Source: Takakia lepidozioides (lineage: Eukaryota; Plantae; Bryophyta). From it: a DNA stretch of 64,000 bases. The position numbers and the translations under genes were made by a program. Below are positions 53,396 to 64,000 of this stretch, in pieces; positions within the stretch are counted from its first letter, which is position 1, and the number at the start of each line of letters is the position of its first letter. Location: assembly GCA_030704615.1 (NCBI GenBank), contig CM060731.1, positions 24,862,001 to 24,926,000 of the forward strand, in the 5' to 3' direction. The notes beneath the pieces are model-generated. The model did not search any database. It worked only from the letters and a program-made list of their open reading frames with translations, and had not been told where the DNA came from.

Positions 53396-54943
53396 ATGGA
53401 CTTTATCTCAAGCATCGCTTGCTCCTTGCAGGTTCTATTTAGGAGCAGTCTGTTAGGCCCTTTCGGAATGGTGACTGATGAGGGTCTCTCAAAGTCGGGA
53501 AGTCTGTCGTACAATGGAAATCATGGTGAAATCGTGGCACCGAAGAAGAAGGTAGTTGAGGAGCCGCGGCGTGCATTACGAAGGCTTGTTGAGACCATGA
53601 CACTAGGTGTGCCGGCAGTCATGGTGGCCTTGCTTCCTTTTATCATGACTTATGTACCAGCTCCTGAATCTGTTCTGCGATTGAAGGATTTTGTGGCGGA
53701 GTGGTGCACTCCATCACTATGTTTTGTGTTTCTCATTGTGGGAGTCATGGTGGCTACTTCGGGTGTGCTGAATGGAACACATGCTGGAGGCATGCATGAC
53801 CGGGCAGATGTTTATCAGAGGCACGTTACTGTTGTTCAACGCGATTCTTTGCGCATGCCAGACATCTTCTCGGCCGGAGAAAGTGTCAGGCCTCTGTCTA
53901 TCCCTGCCCCTGTCCCTGTTCCATTTGCTGTTCCTGTTCCTGTTAGAGACTTCCCTCCTGCTTCACCAAGGGCCCTACCAATCTACCTGAAGCGCGAGGC
54001 TCTGCCTGGACACGACCATGAATTGCGTAGCCCTCTTGGCAAAAGCCGTTCATCCCCTCTTCCAGTTGTAAAAGAAAATATCCCTTCTGCCAAGCTACCT
54101 TCTTACCAGAGTCTAACTCAGGAAGCTTCTTACTTGAGCACTGCCAGAGAACCAGTGGTGGTTGACACGTTGCAAGAAAGGCCCACCGCAAGAAAGCCGT
54201 CTCCAGCTGCAGCCCCAGTGCCTGTGTTTGAGCATGAGGTTCCTATGGTGTCTGCCCCTGTTGTGGTTCCCTCCCCTGCTTATACCCCTGTTATAGAAGA
54301 AGTTCCTACAGCCCCTGTGCTTGATCGTGAAATCCCTGCAGTGGCCGCCCCAAGCCCCATCCCTTCCCCTGTATTTGTTCACGAAGATATCACTGTACCT
54401 GATACTGTGCCCACCCCCACCCCCATTGATGACCCTGTCTCTGATAGGGAAATGAGCCCAGACCCCACCCCTCCCCCTCCCCCTCCCCCTGCAGCCCCTG
54501 TGTTTGACTCAGAGATTCCTACAGCTCCCATGCCTGCTGAAGTAAAGGTATCTGCCAGTGTAGCGCGCAGGCGTGAGCGAGGAAGAGAAGGCTCTGGGCG
54601 GAGGCCTCCATCTCACCCCAGCTCCCAAAGGCCTGGAGATTTAACGGCAGCAGTTGCGAAGACATCTTCCTCCCAGGTGCAGAAAGGGGAATCTGCACTA
54701 ATTGAATCAGGACAGGGCTCTGGACAAACCCGTCTTTCCACTTCAGTGCCTGGCAGTGTTGTAGCAAGCACCCCTGCTGAAACCAAGGAAATTGTCCCAC
54801 AGAGTCAGAAGCATGAAGCCATAACCAACCATGATGACGATGTGGACCTGCGTACTGAGGCATTTCTTGCAAATTTTCGGCAGCAGATGAGACTGCAGCG
54901 GCAGGAATCTTTACTTCGTCAGCAAAGGGGTGAAGAGCAGTGA
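53396..54943 (+). CDS. DUF4408-like TM / proline-rich / DUF761 (cotton-fibre-expressed-like) protein
   Basis: Single-exon ORF with two hydrophobic segments (WCTPSLCFVFLIVGVMVATSG), a P/V/E-rich linker and C-terminal DVDLRTEAFLANFRQQMRLQRQES. A probable 5'UTR intron spans 52252-53349. The ATG could be 53396 or 53468. Confidence 0.82.
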   Translation: MDFISSIACSLQVLFRSSLLGPFGMVTDEGLSKSGSLSYNGNHGEIVAPKKKVVEEPRRALRRLVETMTLGVPAVMVALLPFIMTYVPAPESVLRLKDFVAEWCTPSLCFVFLIVGVMVATSGVLNGTHAGGMHDRADVYQRHVTVVQRDSLRMPDIFSAGESVRPLSIPAPVPVPFAVPVPVRDFPPASPRALPIYLKREALPGHDHELRSPLGKSRSSPLPVVKENIPSAKLPSYQSLTQEASYLSTAREPVVVDTLQERPTARKPSPAAAPVPVFEHEVPMVSAPVVVPSPAYTPVIEEVPTAPVLDREIPAVAAPSPIPSPVFVHEDITVPDTVPTPTPIDDPVSDREMSPDPTPPPPPPPAAPVFDSEIPTAPMPAEVKVSASVARRRERGREGSGRRPPSHPSSQRPGDLTAAVAKTSSSQVQKGESALIESGQGSGQTRLSTSVPGSVVASTPAETKEIVPQSQKHEAITNHDDDVDLRTEAFLANFRQQMRLQRQESLLRQQRGEEQ

Positions 54944-55722
54944 ATGTAGGCAGCATTATTAGTTTCCCCTGCGAGAGACATGCAGTTGATGCAAGTCATG
55001 ACCTTTTCATGCATTCAACAATTGTCAAAAGGTTGGCTTGCATGGCTTGCGTGCGAGTTGTTGGAAGGATGGTACTTGGAAGTCTGGACACAAGGCCTGC
55101 GAGGACATTCAAGAAAGGTGCCTGAGTTTCAGGCAGAAAAGTCTCGTGCACTGGAAGCCCTTCACAGATGATCATGATCCAAAACAATGGCGCTATTTCT
55201 CATGACATCTGCATATAGAGACTTCTAGCTAGCATTCCAACTCGTTACTAAGCTAGTTGGAAAGGTGCCAGCTTGCTGTCCTCAGTCGCCTGATATGACC
55301 CTTTTTAGGTCCTTTTCATGAGTGCACAAGATTAGGCTGAATCCATATTCTTTGCTAGAGTCATCAGCAGCCATCTGCATACACCATTGTATAGTTTAGA
55401 GACTCAAATGTACAATATCAAATAAAACATGGGTCGGCGAACTTCCTTCCCTTCAACGCATCAGGCAGGGTGGAGCATTGTGGGCAATTGTAGTAGTTTC
55501 TCAGGCTATTCTCTCATGTTTTACACAGAGTCTGTCCTTCCTGTGCACAGAATCCTATAAGAGGAGCCAGATGTAAATTATCTATGCATCATTCCTAAAT
55601 AGAGGTACGTATCTTGTGGTTTCAGATGCTGCAGCTTACTAGTTGTTAGGTAGTTGTTACTACTTCCAAGCAATGGATTGGTGAAAATGTGTGGCAATCG
55701 TTGAAGCCACAGCCTCTGTGTG

Positions 55723-56310
55723 TGGCTCCTCCTTTCTTGTCGAGAAACTTATGTATGTCTTGTTGAAGTTCACAGGAGGCACTAGCAATGTAGAGAGACC
55801 CATCATGGAGCCTAGTTGAACTGGCAGGCTCTTTGATGGGTGCATGTTTATCGTCGAATCCTGATACGTTCACTACCAGTACGCAAGTGTCGATTTACAG
55901 CCTTATTTCTAGCTGAGATTACAGTAGTGTAGCATGGAGTTGGCAAAGTTTTCCTTAAAGAAGCGCCCCAAGATTGTTGGATAGTTGTGTGAGTTAGACT
56001 GAGTGGGATGATGGCACTGGACAAAGGGATTTTCTGGGAGTGTAGATGCTCCGAATTATGCAAGGCATGAGAGCATTTGAACGTGGAGACAGCACCCAGG
56101 CTTGACACACTCAAAGCTCTTCTCAACCAGCGGCCATATGCTGAAGATCCTGATGGAGACGAAGTGAGTCTACTCCCCCCAATGTTGTACAAATCAATCT
56201 ATTCACTTGCTGTTGCATAGTCAGATTTCAAGATGCCCTGGCCAATGATTCACTCCTCACCAGTCAGTTATCATGTAGTTCTTCATTGCAATGTTTGCAG
56301 CTTCGGTGGG
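55723..56310 (+). pseudogene. Partial duplicate of DCC1 (intron 1 piece joined to the end of exon 2 and intron 2)
   Basis: Near-identical to ~38445-38680 and ~39402-39630. The same minus-strand ORF text (MYNIGGSRLTSSPSG...) appears at both loci. Confidence 0.9.
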
Positions 56311-56314
56311 GATG

Positions 56315-56699
56315 CCTGTTAAGTACCTGCTGAAACTTACAGGCAATTTAGAGCGCTGGTTGAGTCGGGGAGGTTCCAATGCTAATATTGCTAGTATCCA
56401 CTTCATCTTCGCCGTCAGAGAGTGGCAGCACAAGAGAGGCAATGAATGAAACTTTCTGCCATTGGACTGATTGAGTGGTTCTGGAACTGCAGATGGATAC
56501 GGCATACAATTTGTTAACATCTAAGCGTCCATGTGGCCCCAAGAAGGGAGCTATTTGGGGGACGACTTATGACCTTGCCAAAAAAAATGATCCATGGAAG
56601 GAATCGTTTGGACAGCTACCTGATGATGCCTTCACAGATGTGGTCCCATGGGAGAGACAACTCATCCAAGAAAGAGTGCGTGGTCTTCGTGGACAGTAG
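56315..56699 (+). pseudogene. C-terminal fragment of an unidentified gene
   Basis: Protein-like VPAETYRQFRALVESG...LELQMDTAYNLLTSKRP...DDAFTDVVPWERQLIQE with frameshifts and no upstream exons. Confidence 0.4.
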
Positions 56700-57924
56700 A
56701 CCTCGCGGTTGGATGTAGATGTCAGTTTCAGGCAATCTGCATTTCATAATTGTATATTACAAACGTCCATAACATCTGTTGTGCTGAAACAAGCATATCA
56801 ACCTCTCTGAAAAGCATTAATTCAGAAATTCTGACAGCCAGAAGTCAAGATATGAAGTCAATTGAAGGTATTCAAGTAACGGTGACAAAGGGATTCAGCC
56901 TGACCTTGAGAGCAATCAAATAATTAGGCCTGAATTACCTCAAAGACAATGGCTCGTGCTCTGCCAGACAGAGAAGAAGCAAAAGTACATGTAGACAGCA
57001 TCAGGGGCCCCGGAAAGTTTAGAGACATTATTTTCTCAGCTCTTAAACATTTGATGCACACAAATGAAACAACTAAGCAAGCTCTAAGAGATTGCAAAAT
57101 AGAGTGATTGAAAAGGAACTTTGAAAGAATGAAGGAGTACCTAAGCTGTGTCTTGTCAATTTCACTGCATGACCTTATATCCTATCCTGCCTCAGATAGT
57201 CCTAGAGAGTTTATTTTTCAGCTGGTAACATTAGACCTGGGCCTGCATGCACTCAAGCCGGAAGAATGTATATGGGAGAAATAGGTAGTCTAGCAAACCA
57301 GGATAACCACCTTAGATGTGCTGGTACAGTATCTTTTGAGTAGGTGTACATGAGAATTTAATATTGCTTAACAATTTTAGTTGTCCCTTAATTAAAACAT
57401 ATAGTAAAGCTGCTTGGCCCAAGATTCAAAGGGCGGGTGGCTACCACCAAGTGCCCATATTAGACCAGAATGTTTTGTGATATTCAGACTGACATACTTA
57501 CAAATCTCAAAGACTTCCTATGGACATATACCCGCCCCAAGGATGCATCCAATTCTTCACAGCTCGCTGCAATTTGCTTCATCTCTATTCTCACAATGGA
57601 ACAATTCCCATGCATTCTTACCCCCCTGCCAAGCACATAGCAGAGTTTAGTGGTGGTTGCAAGATGAAGCAGCCATTGATCAAGCATCAGTGAAAATGAT
57701 CGAGAGGTGGTATTGGAAAGTGGCAGAACAAAAGAGTGGTGATTGATGAGTTGAAGGTGTTTTGGGCTTCTGTACGCCAAATGTGATAATGGAGCAGCTT
57801 GGCAGACCAAATATCTTCATTCAGGTTTGTATCTGACTGAGTGAGTTACATGTTGATTATCGTGCTGTAGACTAAGTTGCATGTATCGCTCCTTTACAAT
57901 GAACGTCTTTGATCCTCTTGGAGT

Positions 57925-58068
57925 CTGTAAATTTCGTTCTTAAAAGCTGGTCCCCCCATTCAAATTCTTCTGTCATTCAGAACTAAATAGTCTATCTTTC
58001 CCACTGTAAATTTCGTTCTTAAAAGCTGGTACCCCATTCAAATTCTTCTGTCATTCAGAACTGTAAAT
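57925..58068 (+). repeat. ~60-bp direct duplication
   Basis: ctgtaaatttcgttcttaaaagctggt.ccccattcaaattcttctgtcattcagaact occurs twice. Confidence 0.9.
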
Positions 58069-58251
58069 ATTGGGGGTGGGGTGATGGTTTAGGCTCCAGC
58101 ATATTGTCCACTGAACATACCGTTGTGAAGGTGCCCCTGAAGTTTTATGCCATAGGTAATGTCATGCCCACTGTCCGACTGCAGCCCAGTAGTCTCTACA
58201 ATCACAAACAGTTGTGTGGCCAGCAAACAAGGCCAAGAGTAAACATGAATA

Positions 58252-60600
58252 TGTCATGGTTTTAGTCATGGTTATCTAGAATTACCTACTTCTAGTTAAC
58301 TAGGACATTTTGGATATTTATATTTGTATTTTATGTGTTGGAACTTCATTTGGTCTCACATGCCAAGTGAGGTGTCAAACCTCACTTGGGACATGGGGAT
58401 GGTTTCCCCTTTGTGAATGTGGAGGAGGGCTCATCTTCTTATAGTTGAGCCTCCATGAGCCTCTCTCACCTCCATAGCTCTAGGTATTGAGAGGGAGGTG
58501 TTGAGAGCTTTGTAGGGTGGATTCCCTTAGCAAGGGTGCCCTTGGCTTGATCTAGTTTATGTGATTGAGTGGATTCATGAGTGGAGTTTTTCCATTGTGT
58601 TCACTTTCATTATCACTACAAGAAGATGTCATTATGCTTGTGTGTACGGAGTGTAAGGATTAGTTTAGCACTTGTGTTGGTGTACACCAAGGAGTGAGAG
58701 AGCTAGGAAAAGCTCAAGTATCTCACAAGGCTTGCAAGGTGTTGCAAGGAAAGGTGTTTGGTGAAGTTGCAAACACCAAGGAATTGGAGAGCTAGGAGAA
58801 TTTAGCTCTTGTATCACAAGGCTTACTAGGGGTTGCAAGAAGAGGTACTTGTGGTATTGCACCAAGGTGTTGGAGAGTTAAAAAATGAGTTTGTTTGCCA
58901 CAAGATTTTACAAGGGTTGGGTGAATGCAAGGTTGACTGGACCAAAATAGACGTTACTGGCACAGTTTTAGATTACTGCAATTGATGGTGTCATCAATTG
59001 AATTTGAATTAACTCATTAAAACCAACAAATATATATGTCATTGGATTCCTAGCTTCAATACACACCCATAACAACTCATCAATCATGAATCCGATAAGA
59101 AATGACTCTGCTATGGCCTTTTGAACACCGTCATTGTGAACTGTTACCGCAGTGAATGGAATTACAATGGACTCAAGTTCTCCTATGTGCCATTGGTGAA
59201 TTCCATTGAAAGTTGTACTTAAGGTGACCATTTTGGTCCACATCATGGGTATGGATTTGAAGTGGCAAAATCATTTGTCATTTGACTCATATGGACTAAT
59301 ATATGTCAAAAAAATAGGCGTTTTTTGAAAAGTCCATAGTTCATCTTGTTTTTGGATTTGGGTGTCATTTTTTTTCTAGAAGTATAAAAACCTATAATCT
59401 TCAATGGCTAGGTGGCATATTGATTTTTTTTTGTAAACTCTAATTTTTAGTTTTTCATAATTTTTCTAAATAATAGACTAAAATATTTAATAAATAATAT
59501 CTTTAATATTTGGGGTAGAACTCTTTACTAAATATGTTCAGTATACCATTATCTATCACTAAAAAAATATTTTGGATAGTATCATCAAATTTTTGTTTTT
59601 TGGTCATGGACTTTCATGGAGCAGGATCTGCCGTTTTTGGTCCACTCAACCCTGCAACTGCCCGGTTGCCAAAGAGGTGATTGGTGGAAGCATGGAGTTT
59701 AAGGTTTGAGAATGTTTTCTATGCATTATGGAGCCAATGGTGTATGCCATGACTTGTGGAGAGCGACTAAATGATTGTTGGTGTTCATTTCATAGCAATC
59801 TAGGGTTTAAGCAAGCTCAAGTATGCATGTTGTGGAAGAGAAGCCAAGGAGCTACATAGGCTAGGGCTTGAAGACAACAAAAACAAACACTTGGAGAGCA
59901 TCAAGAAGTTCATTGAGATGACTCCAAAGGGAAGCATGTGGGTGAAAATTCTATCCATGATGATGTGAAACCAAGCCTAGAGCATTGAAGAGCTTGGAGC
60001 ACATGATTGGAGGTGGTCTTCATGAAGAAAAGAGATTGTGGCTCAAGGCATGCATAGCAACTTCAACCATACATTAACATGTGACAAGACAAGGAAGGGG
60101 AAGATAGAGCTCATGTATTCATTCCCTTTTGGCTTAAGTTTTGTGGTGGATGGTTGATCAAGCAAGTGATGCTTATGTGGAGTATGTTTCCCAAGTGTGG
60201 CTTCGAGCTAGAAGGTGAAGGGAGCAAGTTGATTCCCTTGTGTATGAGGTAATGCATGTGTGGAGCATGCTTTTAGCTTGAGCTTTGCCGTTCAAGCTTG
60301 AGAGGAGTGGCTCTTCAGCTAGCAAATGAAGGGAACTTGAATGATCAAGGCTTGAGAGGGGGCAAGGCTTGATCACTTTCCAAAGGGGGTACAAACTTGA
60401 TTTTGAGTTCCAATGAGAAATTGAGCTTGTTGTGTGCCCAATGCATTGCTAGTTGAGTTGGAGACAAGCTTGAGTAGCTTAAGGTGAAGAAGATCAAGGG
60501 AATTTGCCTTGGTACCCCCATAGACTTCATGGATGCTTGAGGGGATTAAGCATAGAGCCCCAAGGAGCACAAACCCTAGCTTGGTAAGGATAAACCTCAA
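58252..60600 (+). mobile_element. 5'-end fragment of the same Gypsy family as 21486-30893 (repeat A + leader), truncated
   Basis: Begins TGTCATGGTTTTAGTCATGG and is homologous to the reverse complement of 30893 to ~29520. The right boundary is approximate. Confidence 0.85.
58926..59656. mobile_element. MITE-like TIR element nested in the Gypsy fragment
   Basis: 22-bp TIRs TGCAAGGTTGACTGGACCAAAA / TTTTGGTCCACTCAACCCTGCA (2 mismatches) with an AT-rich interior. Confidence 0.8.
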
Positions 60601-60799
60601 GGAAATAGAGGGGGAAGTGACTAAAGCTTAGGGAGAAATGGCTAAACCCTAGGGGGAAATGAACTATTCTATGAGAAGGAAATGGCTATTCCTAAATTCA
60701 TTTGTTCAGGTTTCTGTTGATGACAAAGAGGTGAATAAAAAATCAGATGTCATCATAAAAAAATTAGGGTTTGTTTGTGAAGAAGAGGTGAAAAATAAA

Positions 60800-61000
60800 G
60801 AAATTCGGCGCCATATTTCCATCCGGGGGATGATTTCTGGCAGGCACGTTCCAGCCTCGGATGGAAATATGACGCCACACTTCCATCCGGGCCATGATTT
60901 CTGGTAGCCACATTCCAGCCTCGGATGGAAATATGGCGCCATATTTCCATCCGGGGCATGATTTCTGGCAGCCATGTGCAGGCCTAGGATGGAAATTCGG
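60800..61000. repeat. ~63-bp tandem units containing palindromes
   Basis: Perfect 32-bp palindrome CGGATGGAAATATGGCGCCATATTTCCATCCG at 60922-60953, with degenerate copies nearby. Confidence 0.8.
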
Positions 61001-64000
61001 TGGCGAGCTGACAAGAATATTTGCACGGTCCCTCGAGGTCCGGTAATGTTGCCCGAGGACATCTCCTCCAGCACCCAAGCTTTGCACGTTCCAGATCGCC
61101 ATCTCCTTTGAGCACATGGCACGTGCCCAAGGAACATTCCGAGCCATCTGTTGTCACGCAGTACAACATACCCATTGTCGAGACAAGAGTGTCGGAGTAA
61201 CAGTGGAGAATATCAAGGACAATGTCTGGATTTTGAGGCTATTGAGATCCACTGGCAGTTCAATGTCGAAATAGAATCCATAATAAGATGGTGGCAGGAT
61301 GAATTTGCAGAAGTACCCAGAAAACTGAGTACTAGTTGTGGGGCCATTTCTAGAAATATGACACCGAATTTCCAAATTTTGGGCCCAAAAAAAGTCCCAG
61401 CATGTTTGGGAAACATGTAACGAAAAATAGTGCCGAATTTCTAGTAATGTGGCCAAAAAGTTCCAAATATCTGTGCACTTGTAGGCACCATCTCCCGAAA
61501 TTTGGCGCCGCATTTCCAATTCCTGCGCCAACTTACTTGAATGGCAGGGATCTATAGCTGCGAAATTCGGCACCATTTTAACTGAGATCTTGCATTTTCC
61601 ATGAGCGCAAGAATTTTTTTCATGAGCACCCCTCCAAAAACTTCAATTTCACTTTCACACAATCTATATTATAACATTATTTCTCTGACACAATCCATTA
61701 TTATTTTTTAATATTTTTAAAATATTTTTAAATCCAAAAAATCAAACTTCTGCTCATGCCGCTCATGCTCATGAAATAGCTAACCTCTGGGCACCATTAG
61801 ACCAAATGGACATGTCTGAAACTTAGAACTAGAGTGATGTCAATGTGCCAAGACAAATTGAAAAGACTTGAATCAACATAATAATTTTCAATAGGGGTTC
61901 ATTTCAGCTCCCTCATCACCACGTCAACCTAATTTCAGGGGTTCTAAATGGGCGTCAGACAAGCTTCTCTCCACAGAGTTCAGTTCTGCCCAGGTCCAAG
62001 TATGCTTCAAGTGGTGATTATCATCAGCATTTATCAGCTTGGATTCTTACATCTACCCAAACGCTACCTCTCAAGATTTGAAAGCAGACTCCCCAATGTC
62101 ATCGAGGACGTGAATCTCGATAATTTAATGAGGAATTATATTCCTCAAGCTTCACGTTAACCCAATTCCCGCAGAAACCCATAGAATTGTGTCCTCCCAG
62201 GGCATCCTGTTATTGGTCCCACCGTCCTCAGATCCAAGCCCAGGGCACGAGAAATATCATTTCAACCCCATTCATATCTCCACACGAAAAACAGAATGAT
62301 ACTTTTGAGGCAAACAACGATTAGGAAATGAAACACAGAATAGAATGTTCCACACAAGTCTCATACTACTTCTCCTAGGAAAGTGCAAACAAAATAAAGG
62401 AAAAGCGGTTTACAGATACTGAAGATGTTTTTGGGCACTAGCTGGAACATCTTGCTTGTGGAGAGACGTGGAAGGAGAGAGGGTTGAATGAACTAGAGTG
62501 GTTGAGAGGCCAGATGTTGGAAGTGGTGCTTCCACAATGCTACGAGCTTGAGAGAGTGAATGCCCCCTCCATAGAAGATGCTTCTCTGAGGTGTAAGTGC
62601 CACCTGAAGTGCACCTGAGACATTAAAACTATTCGTTGAACCTCTTGCATTCTTATTCAACTGTACATCCGTAAGCGAGAATGGTGACAGTTGCACCGCA
62701 TGTCGTTGCATCCGATTCATTCAAAGTGGGGTATCTGGAAATTGAATCTGTCTTTGGTTCTGGGAGTGGATTGTAGAGCATAATGGGCTTGGAATCCTCA
62801 TACTGCAGCCAGTCCCCATTTTGAAATGAAAAAAGGTTTTGCAGCATCCACCATGTCCATCCTAGCTCGGTGTGTGAAACTCCTCCGCGCTCAAGGACGC
62901 GGGGGCATCATCCTCCCTTCCCGCGCACATCTCCCGGTTATTTTCGGGCAATCTGGGCAGGGTACAAAAACATTGATGTTGATGATATGGCTACGAAACA
63001 TGGCAACGATGACATGGCACTATGGCACCCTATTCCTGCTCTATGCTAAACTAGCTTCAGACCTTCTGTCGTCGCTAGAATGAAAAAAGAGAAAAAAAGA
63101 AAAATTTGCAGCATGGAAGGATTCTCTGAGTAGTCTCTACTGTACTCCAGTTTACGCTCTTGGCCTTGTTTGCTGGCAACACAACAGTTTGTGATTGGAG
63201 AGACTAATGGGCTGTAGTTGGACAGTGGGCATGGGAGGAAAGGAGCCTGAGTTGAATGAGCACGCAGGCTGGTCAATGGCTCCCACAGTTTGAGGTGCGT
63301 GCTGCAAATCCTGTGCGGTAACTTGCTACCGAGTTGCACTGGCCTTGAGTTGACTGCTTGTCAAGTGCTGACACTCCAGTCATGGAACAGATGGCGGCAC
63401 GCACACTCTATAACTCTATAACTTATTGCTATTATTCTGAGCATTTTGTAGCCGTTAAGGGTCTTTAGATTTCTCTCTCTCTCTTCTCTTCTCTATCTCA
63501 AGTTATTATTAGTCCTGAAATTGTTGAGTGCAGCACAATTGATGCTGCACTCTTCCATGCTGCTGCCGAGCTACAGGCCTGCCCCCCCCAAAGCGCAGGG
63601 ATTGCAGAGGCTCATTACTGAGGGACTGGAGAGTCGACAACAAGCTGCCCAAAACTGTGGCTCCCTGCATCCATGACACCGAGGCAGTGGCCATGAAATA
63701 TTTGCATGGCCCTGTCCAGAGCGCATGAGACGATGTGTGCCTCAATTCCTTGTCAGTAAATAAGAGCTCTGTCTGTGGACGATGGCAGAGTTTGAACGGA
63801 TGAATAAAAATAATATCTTCATCTGGAATACGAGCGTAGAATTTGGCGGGCGACGTGGAGCAGTTGTGGGTGACGGCGCAGCGACAGATGGGTTGGCGAG
63901 AGAGAAAAAAGGTTTCTAGAAGAGAACACCATGCAGACGATGAGGGATTTCCGGTAGAGTTCTTCTGTCTGCTTGAAGCGATTGTTGTCAGAGTCTTGCC

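Noticed and set aside
62400-64000. Possible gene start or exons near the window end
   Set aside because: There is a promoter-like CT tract but no recognisable domain or consistent exon chain.

Overview
Eukaryotic nuclear DNA from a land plant. Spliceosomal introns, PLS-class PPR genes and algal/bryophyte-type TEs suggest a non-seed plant, probably a bryophyte (inference). Intact host genes: a head-to-head pair of MAM33/p32 mitochondrial glycoprotein paralogues, a PLS-PPR ORF, LSM3, DCC1, ROCK1 (nucleotide-sugar transporter) and a DUF4408/DUF761 proline-rich protein. Mobile DNA: a pogo/DDE_1 transposon split by a Ty3/Gypsy element with a PHD finger, a Pack-CACTA, a solo LTR and MITEs. Three observations stand out. 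(1) An intron-containing, pseudogenised gene joins a ParB/Srx-like domain to a bacterial-type beta-class amino (N4C/N6A) DNA methyltransferase and lies directly beside an array of 116-bp repeats, each with a 12-bp-stem hairpin. (2) The DDE-integrase Gypsy has split direct repeats (A1...B1-A2-B2) instead of two normal LTRs. (3) OSB-type PDF ssDNA-binding motifs are encoded just upstream of PPR sequences at two loci, one of which also carries a decayed DYW domain. Exon boundaries were read by eye and family calls rest on motif recognition, not database searches.
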